Shown here: piece by piece, positions 8,824 through 16,204 of the stretch
Numbering within the stretch: position 1 is the first letter of the stretch
Layout: each line of letters begins with the position of its first letter
Assembly: GCA_035635755.1 (NCBI GenBank)
Contig: DASQAK010000264.1
Span: forward strand, 1 to 35,852
DNA from: Candidatus Methylomirabilota bacterium
GTDB taxonomy: Bacteria > Methylomirabilota > Methylomirabilia > Rokubacteriales > CSP1-6
Length of the DNA stretch: 35,852 nt
Direction of reading: 5' to 3'
Notes under the pieces: model-generated
Databases searched by the model: none
Told to the model about the DNA's origin: nothing
Seen by the model: the letters and a program-made list of their open reading frames with translations, nothing else
Translations under genes and position numbers: made by a program

Positions 8824-8854
8824 ACATATACTACAATGTAATATTTGTTGTCAA
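8824..8854 (-). promoter_or_regulatory. Sigma70-like promoter (TTGACA-N17/18-GTATAT/TATATG) with TACATTGTA palindrome; likely promoter/operator of the toxin-partner operon.
   Basis: Minus-strand reading is cTTGACAacaaatattacattgtaGTATATg in an AT-rich stretch immediately upstream of the 8799 start. Confidence 0.4.
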
Positions 8855-9049
8855 GTAGAGCGTCGCCCAACCGGCTACAGGACGGTCTTTTCCGTGAGAT
8901 GATCCGGCCCGAGCATGGATCGGAATGGATGGGACCATCATCGCGGGCGACGATGAATCCGAGCGGCAGGCCGCGCTCGCCTTCGACCTGCTGCGTCTCG
9001 AGCTCGGCTTTCTCGAAGACCCGTTCCCGATCTATCATCGGCAGCGGCG

Positions 9050-10168
9050 ATGGGATCCGGTGCACCGCTGCCCCGACGGCCTTATTTCCTGACGCGCTAC
9101 GATGATGTCGCCGCTGTCTATCGTGACCATGCGCGGCTCTCCTCCGACAAGAAGGTCGAGTTCAAGCCGAAGTTCGGTGACGCTCCGCTCTTCGAGCACC
9201 ACACGGCGAGCCTGGTCTTCCGCGACCCGCCCGATCACACGCGTCTCCGCCGCCTCTTTGCCGCCGCCTTCACTCCCAAGGCCCTGGCCGCGCTACGGCC
9301 CCGCGTCGTCCGCTTGGTCGATGGCATGCTCGACCGCGCGCAGAGCCAAGGCGGGATGGACCTCATCGCCGACTATGCCTTCGCCCTGCCCGTCGAGCTG
9401 ATCGGCGACATGCTGGGGGTGCCGCGGGCCGACCGCCCGCGACTGCGCGACTGGTCGCTGGCCATCCTGGGCGCGCTGGAGCCCGTGCCCGGAACTGAGC
9501 GCCTCGACAAGGGCAATCGCGCCGTGGAGGAGTTCAAGGCCTTCCTGCGCGCGCTGTGCGAGGACAGGCGCCGCCATCCGCCCCTCGATGACGACGACGA
9601 GGTGCTGAGCAAGCTCATGGCCGCCGAGGACGAGCAGGGAGCCTTGAGCGAGATCGAGCTCTTGCATCAGTGCGTCTTTCTCTTGAACGCGGGGCACGAG
9701 ACGACGACCAATCTGATCGGCAATGGGGGGCATGCGCTGCTCGAACATCCCGGCAAGCTCCGGCGGCTGCAAGACGATCCATCGCTGATCGAGGCGGGCG
9801 TGGAGGAGTTCCTGCGCTACGAGAGCTCTAACCAGCTGGGCAATCGCCGCGCCCTCGCCGACGTCGAGATCGGGGGCGTGGCCATGCCGGCCGGCACCCT
9901 CATCACGCTCTGCATCGGCGCGGCCAACCGGGACCCCGCCCAGTTCCCGGAGCCGGACCGCCTCGACATCACGCGCACGCCCAACCGGCATCTCGCCTTC
10001 GCGACGGGCATCCATGCCTGCGCGGGGATGTGGCTGGCACGCATGGAGGGGCAGGTCGCCATCGGGCGGCTGGTGCGCCGCTTTCCGAAGATTCGGTCGG
10101 CGGGGCCCGTGGTGCGTGGAGGGCGCGCCAGGTTTCGCGGGCTGGCGCAGTTCCCGGTGGGCGTGTAG
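9050..10168 (+). CDS. Cytochrome P450. The N-terminal ~55 codons lie in another frame at 8925..9092, indicating an apparent 1-nt frameshift near 9083-9088 (pseudogene or sequencing error).
   Basis: P450 Cys-ligand loop FATGIHACAGMWLA. ETTT I-helix motif AGHETTTN. ExxR motif. Upstream frame encodes MDGTIIAGDDESERQAALAFDLLRLELGFLEDPFPIYHRQRRWDPVHRCPDGLIS*, the expected P450 N-terminus. Confidence 0.7.
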   Translation: MGSGAPLPRRPYFLTRYDDVAAVYRDHARLSSDKKVEFKPKFGDAPLFEHHTASLVFRDPPDHTRLRRLFAAAFTPKALAALRPRVVRLVDGMLDRAQSQGGMDLIADYAFALPVELIGDMLGVPRADRPRLRDWSLAILGALEPVPGTERLDKGNRAVEEFKAFLRALCEDRRRHPPLDDDDEVLSKLMAAEDEQGALSEIELLHQCVFLLNAGHETTTNLIGNGGHALLEHPGKLRRLQDDPSLIEAGVEEFLRYESSNQLGNRRALADVEIGGVAMPAGTLITLCIGAANRDPAQFPEPDRLDITRTPNRHLAFATGIHACAGMWLARMEGQVAIGRLVRRFPKIRSAGPVVRGGRARFRGLAQFPVGV

Positions 10169-10191
10169 GCTTCCTCCAGGAGGGCACAGCC

Positions 10192-11502
10192 GTGGACAAA
10201 TTCGAATACTTCAGCGGCATTCCCGAGGTCGGCATCGTCCCTCGGGCGCCCCATGCCGGTCCGCTCCTCCGCCATGTCTATGAGCAGGAGCTGGGCCGCG
10301 GCGGCTTTGCGGGGAAGGTGACGCACACCTATCACCTCTACCCGCCCAACAACTGGCTGCCCGACGAGACCAAGACGCTCGAGGGCGCCGCCTGGGCGCC
10401 CCACTGGGATTCGCCGCTCCGGGACGTCGGAGGGACGCATCACGCGCTCGGCACCATCGAGCCCGCGGCCACGGGCGACGTCTATCGCGGCATGGCGCGG
10501 CTGATCGCCAACGCCACGGTGGCCATGAACGTGACGGCGCCCGGCGCATCCATGGACTACTTCTTCGAGCATCATGGCGCCACCCTCGTCTTCTTCATCC
10601 ACCAGGGCTCGGGCACGCTGGAAACCCTGCTCGGCCCCATCGCGTATCGGCGCGGGGATTTCCTCATCGTGCCGAAGGGGCTGACGCATCGCTTCGAGCT
10701 GGGCCCCGGGCCGCACTACTACTGGGTCTACGAGAGCTTCACGGGCGACCCGGAGAAGGCCGAAGCCGTCACCACGGGGCAATTCCTGACGCACAGCCGG
10801 AGCGACTACAAGTTTCCGCGCTCGCTCGAGACGCGCAACGAGGCGGGCCGCTTCGAGATCGTGTCCAAGGTGGGCGGGAGCTACACGCGGCGCGTGCACC
10901 CGACGCACCCCTTCGACGTGGTCGGGTGGCGCGGCACGTATCTGCCCTACCGCTTCGCGGTGGAAGACGTCCGTCCCCTCGTGGCGGACCGCTCGCACGT
11001 GCCGCCCTCGGGGCATACGGTGTTCATCCTGCCCGGCTGCTACATCTGCGTCTTCACCGTGCGCTCCGCCGAGAAGGAAGGGCTCTGGGTGCCCTTCTTC
11101 CACAAGAACCTGGATTACTGTGAGACGCTCGGCTATCACTCAGGACAGTTCTTCAGCCGGGGCGGCGTCTTCACCGAAGGCATGGTCTCCGTCCACCCGG
11201 TGGGGCTGCCGCATGGTCCGCATCCCACCGCCCTCAAGGCTCTGCTCGACGGCAAGCGCCCGGAGCGCTTCGAGGAAGTGGGAATCATGGCTGACTTCGC
11301 AAACCCGGCGCAGATCTCCGACTTCGCGCTGGGGATCTCGCGCCCCGACTACATGAAGACCTGGTCGGGCTATGTGTCCGACCCGCGCTTCCAGCACAGC
11401 CCGACCCGGCTCGGGGACGTCCAGGCGGCCGCGGAGAGCGTGGCCGACGTGCGCGACGTGCTCAGGCCCAAGGGCTCGGAGGGCGAGGCAGGCTCGCTCT
11501 GA
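10192..11502 (+). CDS. Homogentisate 1,2-dioxygenase family protein (HmgA-like cupin ring-cleavage dioxygenase).
   Basis: C-terminal FFHKNLDYCETLGYHSGQF...GMVSVHPVGLPHGPHP aligns with the HmgA FHRN...SLH..M.PHGPD region. The N-terminus is divergent. AGGAGGG SD 7 nt before GTG at 10192. Track ORF 10030..11502 extends 5' over the P450 end. Confidence 0.7.
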   Translation: MDKFEYFSGIPEVGIVPRAPHAGPLLRHVYEQELGRGGFAGKVTHTYHLYPPNNWLPDETKTLEGAAWAPHWDSPLRDVGGTHHALGTIEPAATGDVYRGMARLIANATVAMNVTAPGASMDYFFEHHGATLVFFIHQGSGTLETLLGPIAYRRGDFLIVPKGLTHRFELGPGPHYYWVYESFTGDPEKAEAVTTGQFLTHSRSDYKFPRSLETRNEAGRFEIVSKVGGSYTRRVHPTHPFDVVGWRGTYLPYRFAVEDVRPLVADRSHVPPSGHTVFILPGCYICVFTVRSAEKEGLWVPFFHKNLDYCETLGYHSGQFFSRGGVFTEGMVSVHPVGLPHGPHPTALKALLDGKRPERFEEVGIMADFANPAQISDFALGISRPDYMKTWSGYVSDPRFQHSPTRLGDVQAAAESVADVRDVLRPKGSEGEAGSL

Positions 11503-11504
11503 CC

Positions 11505-12365
11505 ATGGCCTGCGGCGAAGCCCGCGCTGTCGAGGCCAACGGGCTTCGCCTCAGGCTCTGGAAGTGGGGAGGCGGTGGCCCGCCCGCGCTCCTCCTTCAC
11601 TCGCTGGCCGCTCACAGTCACTGGTGGGACTGGGCGGCCCCCCTCCTCGCCACCCGCTTCACGGCGATCGCGCTCGACCTTCGCGGCCACGGCGAAAGCG
11701 GCTGGGCCGAACCGGCCGCGTATCATGCCTCCGACTATGCTGGCGACATCGTGGCCGTGCTCGACTCTCTGGGCTGGCAGGCGCCGCTCGTCATCGGGCA
11801 CTCGCTGGGTGGCTATGTCGGCGCCTGGCTGGCCGCTCATCACGCCGACCGGGTCGGCGCTCTCGTCATCGCCGACACCTTGATCCAGTGGTCGGAGGAG
11901 GAGACGGCCTGGGTGCTCGGACAGTCGGAGCGGCCTGGTCCCCGGTTCGCCGATCCTGGTGAAGCGGGTGGTCGCTTCCGACTGTCGCCCCCCGAGACCG
12001 CGGCCCCCGCGGAGTGCTTGCGTCACCTCGGTGAGGCCGCCGTCGTCGAGCGCGCGGCCGGGGTCTGGCACTACGCCTTCGACCGCAGGGTCTTTGCCCA
12101 GGCAAGACCCGAGGACTGGTCCATCCTGGCCAAGATCGCCTGTCCCACGCTGGTCGTGCGCGGCGAAGGCAGCCGCATGATGGACCGCGCCGCCATGCTG
12201 CACGTCGCCACCACCGTGTCGCGCGGCCAGTTCGCCGAGCTCAAGGGCGCCTGGCACCATCTCGTTCTCGACGATCCCGCCCGCTTCGTCTCCCTCGTGA
12301 CAGACTGGTTCGAGCGGCTCAATCCGGCCGCCGCCGCCCGAGGCGTACGTGGCAGTTCGAGCTGA
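11505..12365 (+). CDS. Alpha/beta hydrolase fold protein.
   Basis: HSLGG nucleophile elbow (VIGHSLGGYVGA) and HGESG motif. Begins 3 nt after the preceding stop. The last ~7 codons run into repeat element R1. Confidence 0.8.
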   Translation: MACGEARAVEANGLRLRLWKWGGGGPPALLLHSLAAHSHWWDWAAPLLATRFTAIALDLRGHGESGWAEPAAYHASDYAGDIVAVLDSLGWQAPLVIGHSLGGYVGAWLAAHHADRVGALVIADTLIQWSEEETAWVLGQSERPGPRFADPGEAGGRFRLSPPETAAPAECLRHLGEAAVVERAAGVWHYAFDRRVFAQARPEDWSILAKIACPTLVVRGEGSRMMDRAAMLHVATTVSRGQFAELKGAWHHLVLDDPARFVSLVTDWFERLNPAAAARGVRGSSS

Positions 12366-12498
12366 GGGGCGCAGCCGCGAGGCGAGGGCTGAGTGGAACG
12401 TACGTTGAGGGTTGCCGGCTCGCTCGCAACGTGGCAGTTCGGGCTGAGCGGCTCGGCCGCGAAGCGAGGGCAGAATCGATCTGGCGAAGCAAATTGGC
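12340..12498 (+). repeat. Composite REP/MITE-like structured repeat, copy R1. Two forward 'units' (GTTCG[A/G]GCTGAG...GAGGCGAGGGCTGAGT) plus tail GGCGAAGCAAATTGGCCCAGTGCC.
   Basis: Shares 30-40-nt modules with copies at 15021-15290, 26271-26350, 30421-30685 and 33300-33415. Internal palindrome ACGTTGAGGG...CTCGCAACGT. Confidence 0.75.
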
Positions 12499-12525
12499 CC
12501 AGTGCCGCTCGAAGAGGAGGTCGAC

Positions 12526-13575
12526 GTGAATCCTGCCATGACCACGCGCGACGCGAACCTGCCCGCGGAATATTCGGCAGGGCTCGATAGGCTCTCCCTC
12601 GCCCCGTTGTGGACCGCGCTCCACGTCCTGCTCCCGCAGGAGCGCGTGACGGAGGCGGTACCCCACCGCTGGCGCTGGGCCGAGATGCGCGAGCCGCTTC
12701 TCGAGGCCGCGCGCCTCGTGCCGCTCGATCAGGCCGAGCGTCGCGTCCTCGTGCTTCGCAATCCCGGGCTCGGAGGCGCCTACGCTGTGACGGCCACGCT
12801 CTTCGCGGGGCTGCAGATCATCCTGCCGGGGGAAGCGGCCCCGAGCCATCACCATACCCCGGCGGCCCTCCGGCTCATCGTCGAGGGGCGGGGGGCTTTC
12901 ACCACCGTGGACGGCATCAAGTGCGCGATGGAGCCGGGCGACCTCATCATCACACCGCCCATGCGCTGGCACGATCATGGTCACGAGGGAAGCGAGCCCG
13001 TGATCTGGCTCGACGGTCTCGACATCCCCCTGGTGAGGAGTTTCGAGGCGGCCTGGGCATCCAAGATGCGCCCGGCCGTCGTCCCCGCCACGGCGACCGA
13101 TTCCTCGCAGGACGAGTTCACCGCCGCGGGCGTGGTGCCGCGCGCCTCGCGCTATGAAGACACGGGCTACCCGCAGGTGCGCTGGCCGTGGACGACCGTG
13201 CGGCGGGCGCTCGAGGCCATGGCGGCCGCCGCTCCGGCTGATCAGCCCGTCGTGCTCCGCTACGTGAATCCGCAGACCGGCAGCTTCCCGCTCCGCACCA
13301 TCGGCTGCGAGGCGCAGTGGCTGCGGCCGGGCGAAGCGACCCGCGCCGAGCGCCGCACGGCCAGCGGGGTCTTCCACGTGATCGAAGGACAGGGGGAGAG
13401 TCGCATCGGCGACGAGGTCCTCACCTGGGAGCGGGGCGACTGCGTGGTGGCGCCGCCGTGGCACTGGGTCCAGCACAAGAACCTCTCGCGATCGGCGCCG
13501 GCCAGTCTTTTCCACTTCAACGACGAGCCCGCCCTCCGGTCACTGGGCCTCTGGCTGGAGGAGGTCCGCGCGTGA
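12526..13575 (+). CDS. Gentisate 1,2-dioxygenase-like bicupin dioxygenase.
   Basis: PSHHHTPAALRLIVEGRGAFTTVDG...EPGDLIITPPMRWHDHGHEGSEPVIWLDGLDIPL matches the GDO cupin metal-binding signature. GAGGAGG SD 5 nt before the GTG at 12526. Track ORF 12502..13575. Confidence 0.8.
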   Translation: MNPAMTTRDANLPAEYSAGLDRLSLAPLWTALHVLLPQERVTEAVPHRWRWAEMREPLLEAARLVPLDQAERRVLVLRNPGLGGAYAVTATLFAGLQIILPGEAAPSHHHTPAALRLIVEGRGAFTTVDGIKCAMEPGDLIITPPMRWHDHGHEGSEPVIWLDGLDIPLVRSFEAAWASKMRPAVVPATATDSSQDEFTAAGVVPRASRYEDTGYPQVRWPWTTVRRALEAMAAAAPADQPVVLRYVNPQTGSFPLRTIGCEAQWLRPGEATRAERRTASGVFHVIEGQGESRIGDEVLTWERGDCVVAPPWHWVQHKNLSRSAPASLFHFNDEPALRSLGLWLEEVRA

Positions 13576-13586
13576 AGTAGAGCGCG

Positions 13587-14009
13587 TCAGGTGTCCTTGG
13601 TGAACGCCCAGGTGCCGCCGCCCAGGAAGAACTGGGCGATGGTGGCGATGAGGACCACCAGGGCGTACTCGTAGCCGACCACATGCGGCTTGCCTCGGGA
13701 GGCTTCCGTCATGACGGCGCGGAGGAAGAAGCCGTCATTGAGCTGGAGGACGAGGACGACCACGAGCATGACGGGGACATTGACGAGGGTCGCCCAGCGC
13801 GTGAACAAGCCCAGGACGAGCATGATCCCGCCCATGAGCTGCGCGGTGAGCAGATAGAAGACGAGGGCATCGGGAAAGGGCAGCCCGAGGTCCTTGGTGA
13901 TCATGGTGGCCATGGCATCCGGCGTCACGTCGAAGTACGCGTGGTACGCGTGGGCGATGTAGACGACGCCGAGCATGAGGCGAAGGATCGTGGCGCCGAA
14001 CGGGCTCAA
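13587..14009 (-). CDS. DoxX-family membrane protein.
   Basis: 140 aa with four hydrophobic helices; typical DoxX size and topology. Confidence 0.75.
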   Translation of the reverse strand: MSPFGATILRLMLGVVYIAHAYHAYFDVTPDAMATMITKDLGLPFPDALVFYLLTAQLMGGIMLVLGLFTRWATLVNVPVMLVVVLVLQLNDGFFLRAVMTEASRGKPHVVGYEYALVVLIATIAQFFLGGGTWAFTKDT

Positions 14010-14063
14010 GATCGTCCCACGCTGAAATATTACAGCCCGGTCATCCAGCCCCCGGCGAGAATT

Positions 14064-15017
14064 CTAGCCTGGGATATCCCGCGCCGTGGGTAGCCCGGGC
14101 AGGGGCGTGGCGCACAGGACGGCCCGCGCGATGGCCGTGGCCACCGCCTCGGCCGCGGCGGCGCCCACGCCGGCCAGGTCCGCCGGCTGCTTCCCTATGG
14201 CGAGGCAGAAGAGACAGTCGCCGTCCGTGTCGAGATGCGGGGGAGAGAGCGCCCGCCCGAATCCCGCGAGGCCGAGCCGCGCCACGCGCGCGGCCTCCGC
14301 CTTGCTCAAGCCGGCCGTGGTCGCGACCACGCCGATGGTGGTATGGGCGGGGCGGAAGCGCGGCGGACTCGCCCCCGCCGCCAGCGCGGCCGCGGTATCC
14401 ACGAGCTGCCGACCATCGGGCGCGTCGCGGGCGCCGGCGAGGAGCCGCCCCGTGACGGGATCCCGCACGTCGCCCACGGCATTCACGACCATGAGCGCGG
14501 CCGTGACGATTCCGTCCCGGTCCACGCGGGCCACGCCCAGTCCGCCGCGCATGGCGCGCTCGATGCCGTAGAGCTTGCCGACGGTGGCGCCCGTGCCCGC
14601 GCCCACGCTGCCTTCGGCCACGGGGCTTGCGCTCGCCGCCGCGGCGGCGGCATGGCCCATGGCCCGGTCGGGTCTCGCGCGATGGTCGCCCACGGAGAGA
14701 TCGAAGATGATGGCGCCCGCCACGTGCGGGACGACGGTGCGGGACACGGGAAAGCCCCGCCCGCGCTCCTCGAGCCACTGCATCACGCCCCAGATCGCCT
14801 CGAGGCCGTAGGCGCTGCCGCCGGCCAACACGACCGCGTCCACCGTCGGCGCGAGGTGACGCGGGTCGAGGAACTCGAGCCCGTGCACGGCGGCCGCCCG
14901 TCCGGCGATCTCGAGCGCGCCCGTGGCGGGGCGCTCGGGCATGATGACGGTGCACCCGGTGAGCCCGCGGTTGTCGGTGACATGGCCCACGCTCAGGCCG
15001 GGAATCACGCTGGCCAC
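14064..15017 (-). CDS. DmpA/S58 (P1) family aminopeptidase-like protein (start uncertain; 15008-15074 all possible).
   Basis: VGHVTD near the N-terminus plus Gly-rich GAGTGAT motifs of the P1/DmpA family. The track start at 15074 is a TTG that lies inside repeat R2. Confidence 0.7.
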   Translation of the reverse strand: MASVIPGLSVGHVTDNRGLTGCTVIMPERPATGALEIAGRAAAVHGLEFLDPRHLAPTVDAVVLAGGSAYGLEAIWGVMQWLEERGRGFPVSRTVVPHVAGAIIFDLSVGDHRARPDRAMGHAAAAAASASPVAEGSVGAGTGATVGKLYGIERAMRGGLGVARVDRDGIVTAALMVVNAVGDVRDPVTGRLLAGARDAPDGRQLVDTAAALAAGASPPRFRPAHTTIGVVATTAGLSKAEAARVARLGLAGFGRALSPPHLDTDGDCLFCLAIGKQPADLAGVGAAAAEAVATAIARAVLCATPLPGLPTARDIPG

Positions 15018-15020
15018 TCT

Positions 15021-15290
15021 AGCAAATTCTGGGTACCAGCCCGCGCGGCTAAGCCGTTGTGGGTACTGGGCCAAGTTGCGAGCCAGATCAACTCAGCCCT
15101 CGCCTCGGGCTGCGCCCTCAGCTCGAACCGCCACGCCCGAGGGAGCCAGCAATGCGAGGCGTACGTGGTGTAAGTTGAGCGTTGCTGGCGACCGAGAACG
15201 TGGGCGTTCGAGCTGAGCAGCGCAGCTGCGAGGCGAGGGCTGAGTCAATGTGGCGAAGCAAATTGGCCCAGTACCAAATTCTGGCGGGCA
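15021..15290. repeat. Composite structured repeat, copy R2; MITE-like with terminal inverted repeats. Order: reverse tail, reverse unit, GCGAGGCGTACGTGG / GTTGAGCGTTGC spacer, forward unit, forward tail.
   Basis: Ends CAAATTCTGGGTACCAG (15024-15040) and CCAGTACCAAATTCTGG (15270-15286) are inverted. Units at 15087-15125 (reverse) and 15209-15247 (forward). Confidence 0.75.
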
Positions 15291-15319
15291 TTGACCCCAC
15301 GGTGCTACGCTCGGACCAC

Positions 15320-15655
15320 ATGCGCAGGGGAGACGCCCCGGACGATGAGCAGGCCGACCATCGGGAGCGCCACCGGCAGCCGCGCCGGCCGTGGTTTCTC
15401 ATCGCCGCCTGCCTCACCCTGGTCGTGCTCTCCTGGGTGCTGTGGGTCAAGTGGACCGGCTATCAGAAAGAAGCGCGCCGGCTCCAGCGGGAGTTGACGC
15501 GCGTTTACAAAGAGGCCGAAGATCTGCGCATGCAGGCCACCCTCGGCCAAGAGCGTATCGCGCGGCTGGAGCGGGAGCTGCGCGCGCTCAGAGCCGAGAG
15601 CCAGGCCCGGCCCGCGGAAGACAAGAAGGGTGGGCGGTCCGTGCCCAAGCGGTAG
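15320..15655 (+). CDS. Small membrane-anchored coiled-coil protein (hypothetical).
   Basis: 111 aa. One TM helix (WFLIAACLTLVVLSWVLWV) then a heptad-rich segment. High GC3. The upstream part of track ORF 15182..15655 is repeat-derived. Confidence 0.45.
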   Translation: MRRGDAPDDEQADHRERHRQPRRPWFLIAACLTLVVLSWVLWVKWTGYQKEARRLQRELTRVYKEAEDLRMQATLGQERIARLERELRALRAESQARPAEDKKGGRSVPKR

Positions 15656-15679
15656 CGTTCCGACGCTCGAGGAGATCGC

Positions 15680-16189
15680 ATGGAATTGATCAGTCGCATC
15701 TTGGACGGCTCCATCCCGCAGGATCTGAAGGACGCGCTCCGCCGGGCCGAGCCCGCCGGGCCCCGCATGAGCCATGACGAGAAGATCGCCCATCTCGAGG
15801 ACGTGCCGCTCTTCGCGGACTGCAGCCAGAAGCAGCTCCGCTCGGTCTCCGACATCTCGCGCGTGGTCGAGGTGCCCATGGGGACCTCGCTGACGCGGGC
15901 CGGTCAGCCCGGCGACGAGTTCTTCGTGCTCGTCGACGGCACCGCGGCCGTCGAGAAGCCGGGCAAGAAGAAGCAGTTCCTCAAGCCCGGCGCCTTCTTC
16001 GGTGAGATGAGCTTGCTCGATGGCGGCCCGCGCTCGGTGACGGTGCGCGCGGCCACGCCGTTGCGGGTGCTCGTGATAGACCGGAAGAACTTCCAGATCC
16101 TGCTGCGGGATGTGCCCGACCTGACCTACAAGCTGCTCGTCACCCTGTCGAAGCGCGTCCGGATGCTGGAACAGGCCGAGCAGCCCTGA
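15680..16189 (+). CDS. Cyclic-nucleotide-binding domain protein (Crp-family cNMP-binding domain only, no HTH).
   Basis: FGEMSLLDGGPRSVTVRA matches the phosphate-binding cassette. GAGGAG SD 5 nt upstream. Confidence 0.8.
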   Translation: MELISRILDGSIPQDLKDALRRAEPAGPRMSHDEKIAHLEDVPLFADCSQKQLRSVSDISRVVEVPMGTSLTRAGQPGDEFFVLVDGTAAVEKPGKKKQFLKPGAFFGEMSLLDGGPRSVTVRAATPLRVLVIDRKNFQILLRDVPDLTYKLLVTLSKRVRMLEQAEQP

Positions 16190-16204
16190 CCCGCCCGCGG
16201 TCCC

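Noticed and set aside
9817-11139. 440-aa minus-strand ORF, plus ORFs 11370..12545(-) and 12319..13515(-).
   Set aside because: Antisense to the P450, HmgA-like, hydrolase and bicupin genes, all of which have family motifs on the plus strand.
12340-12498. CRISPR array interpretation of the recurring ~40-nt units.
   Set aside because: Units occur in both orientations as nested inverted repeats with variable spacing and no regular repeat-spacer periodicity. There are no cas genes in the window.
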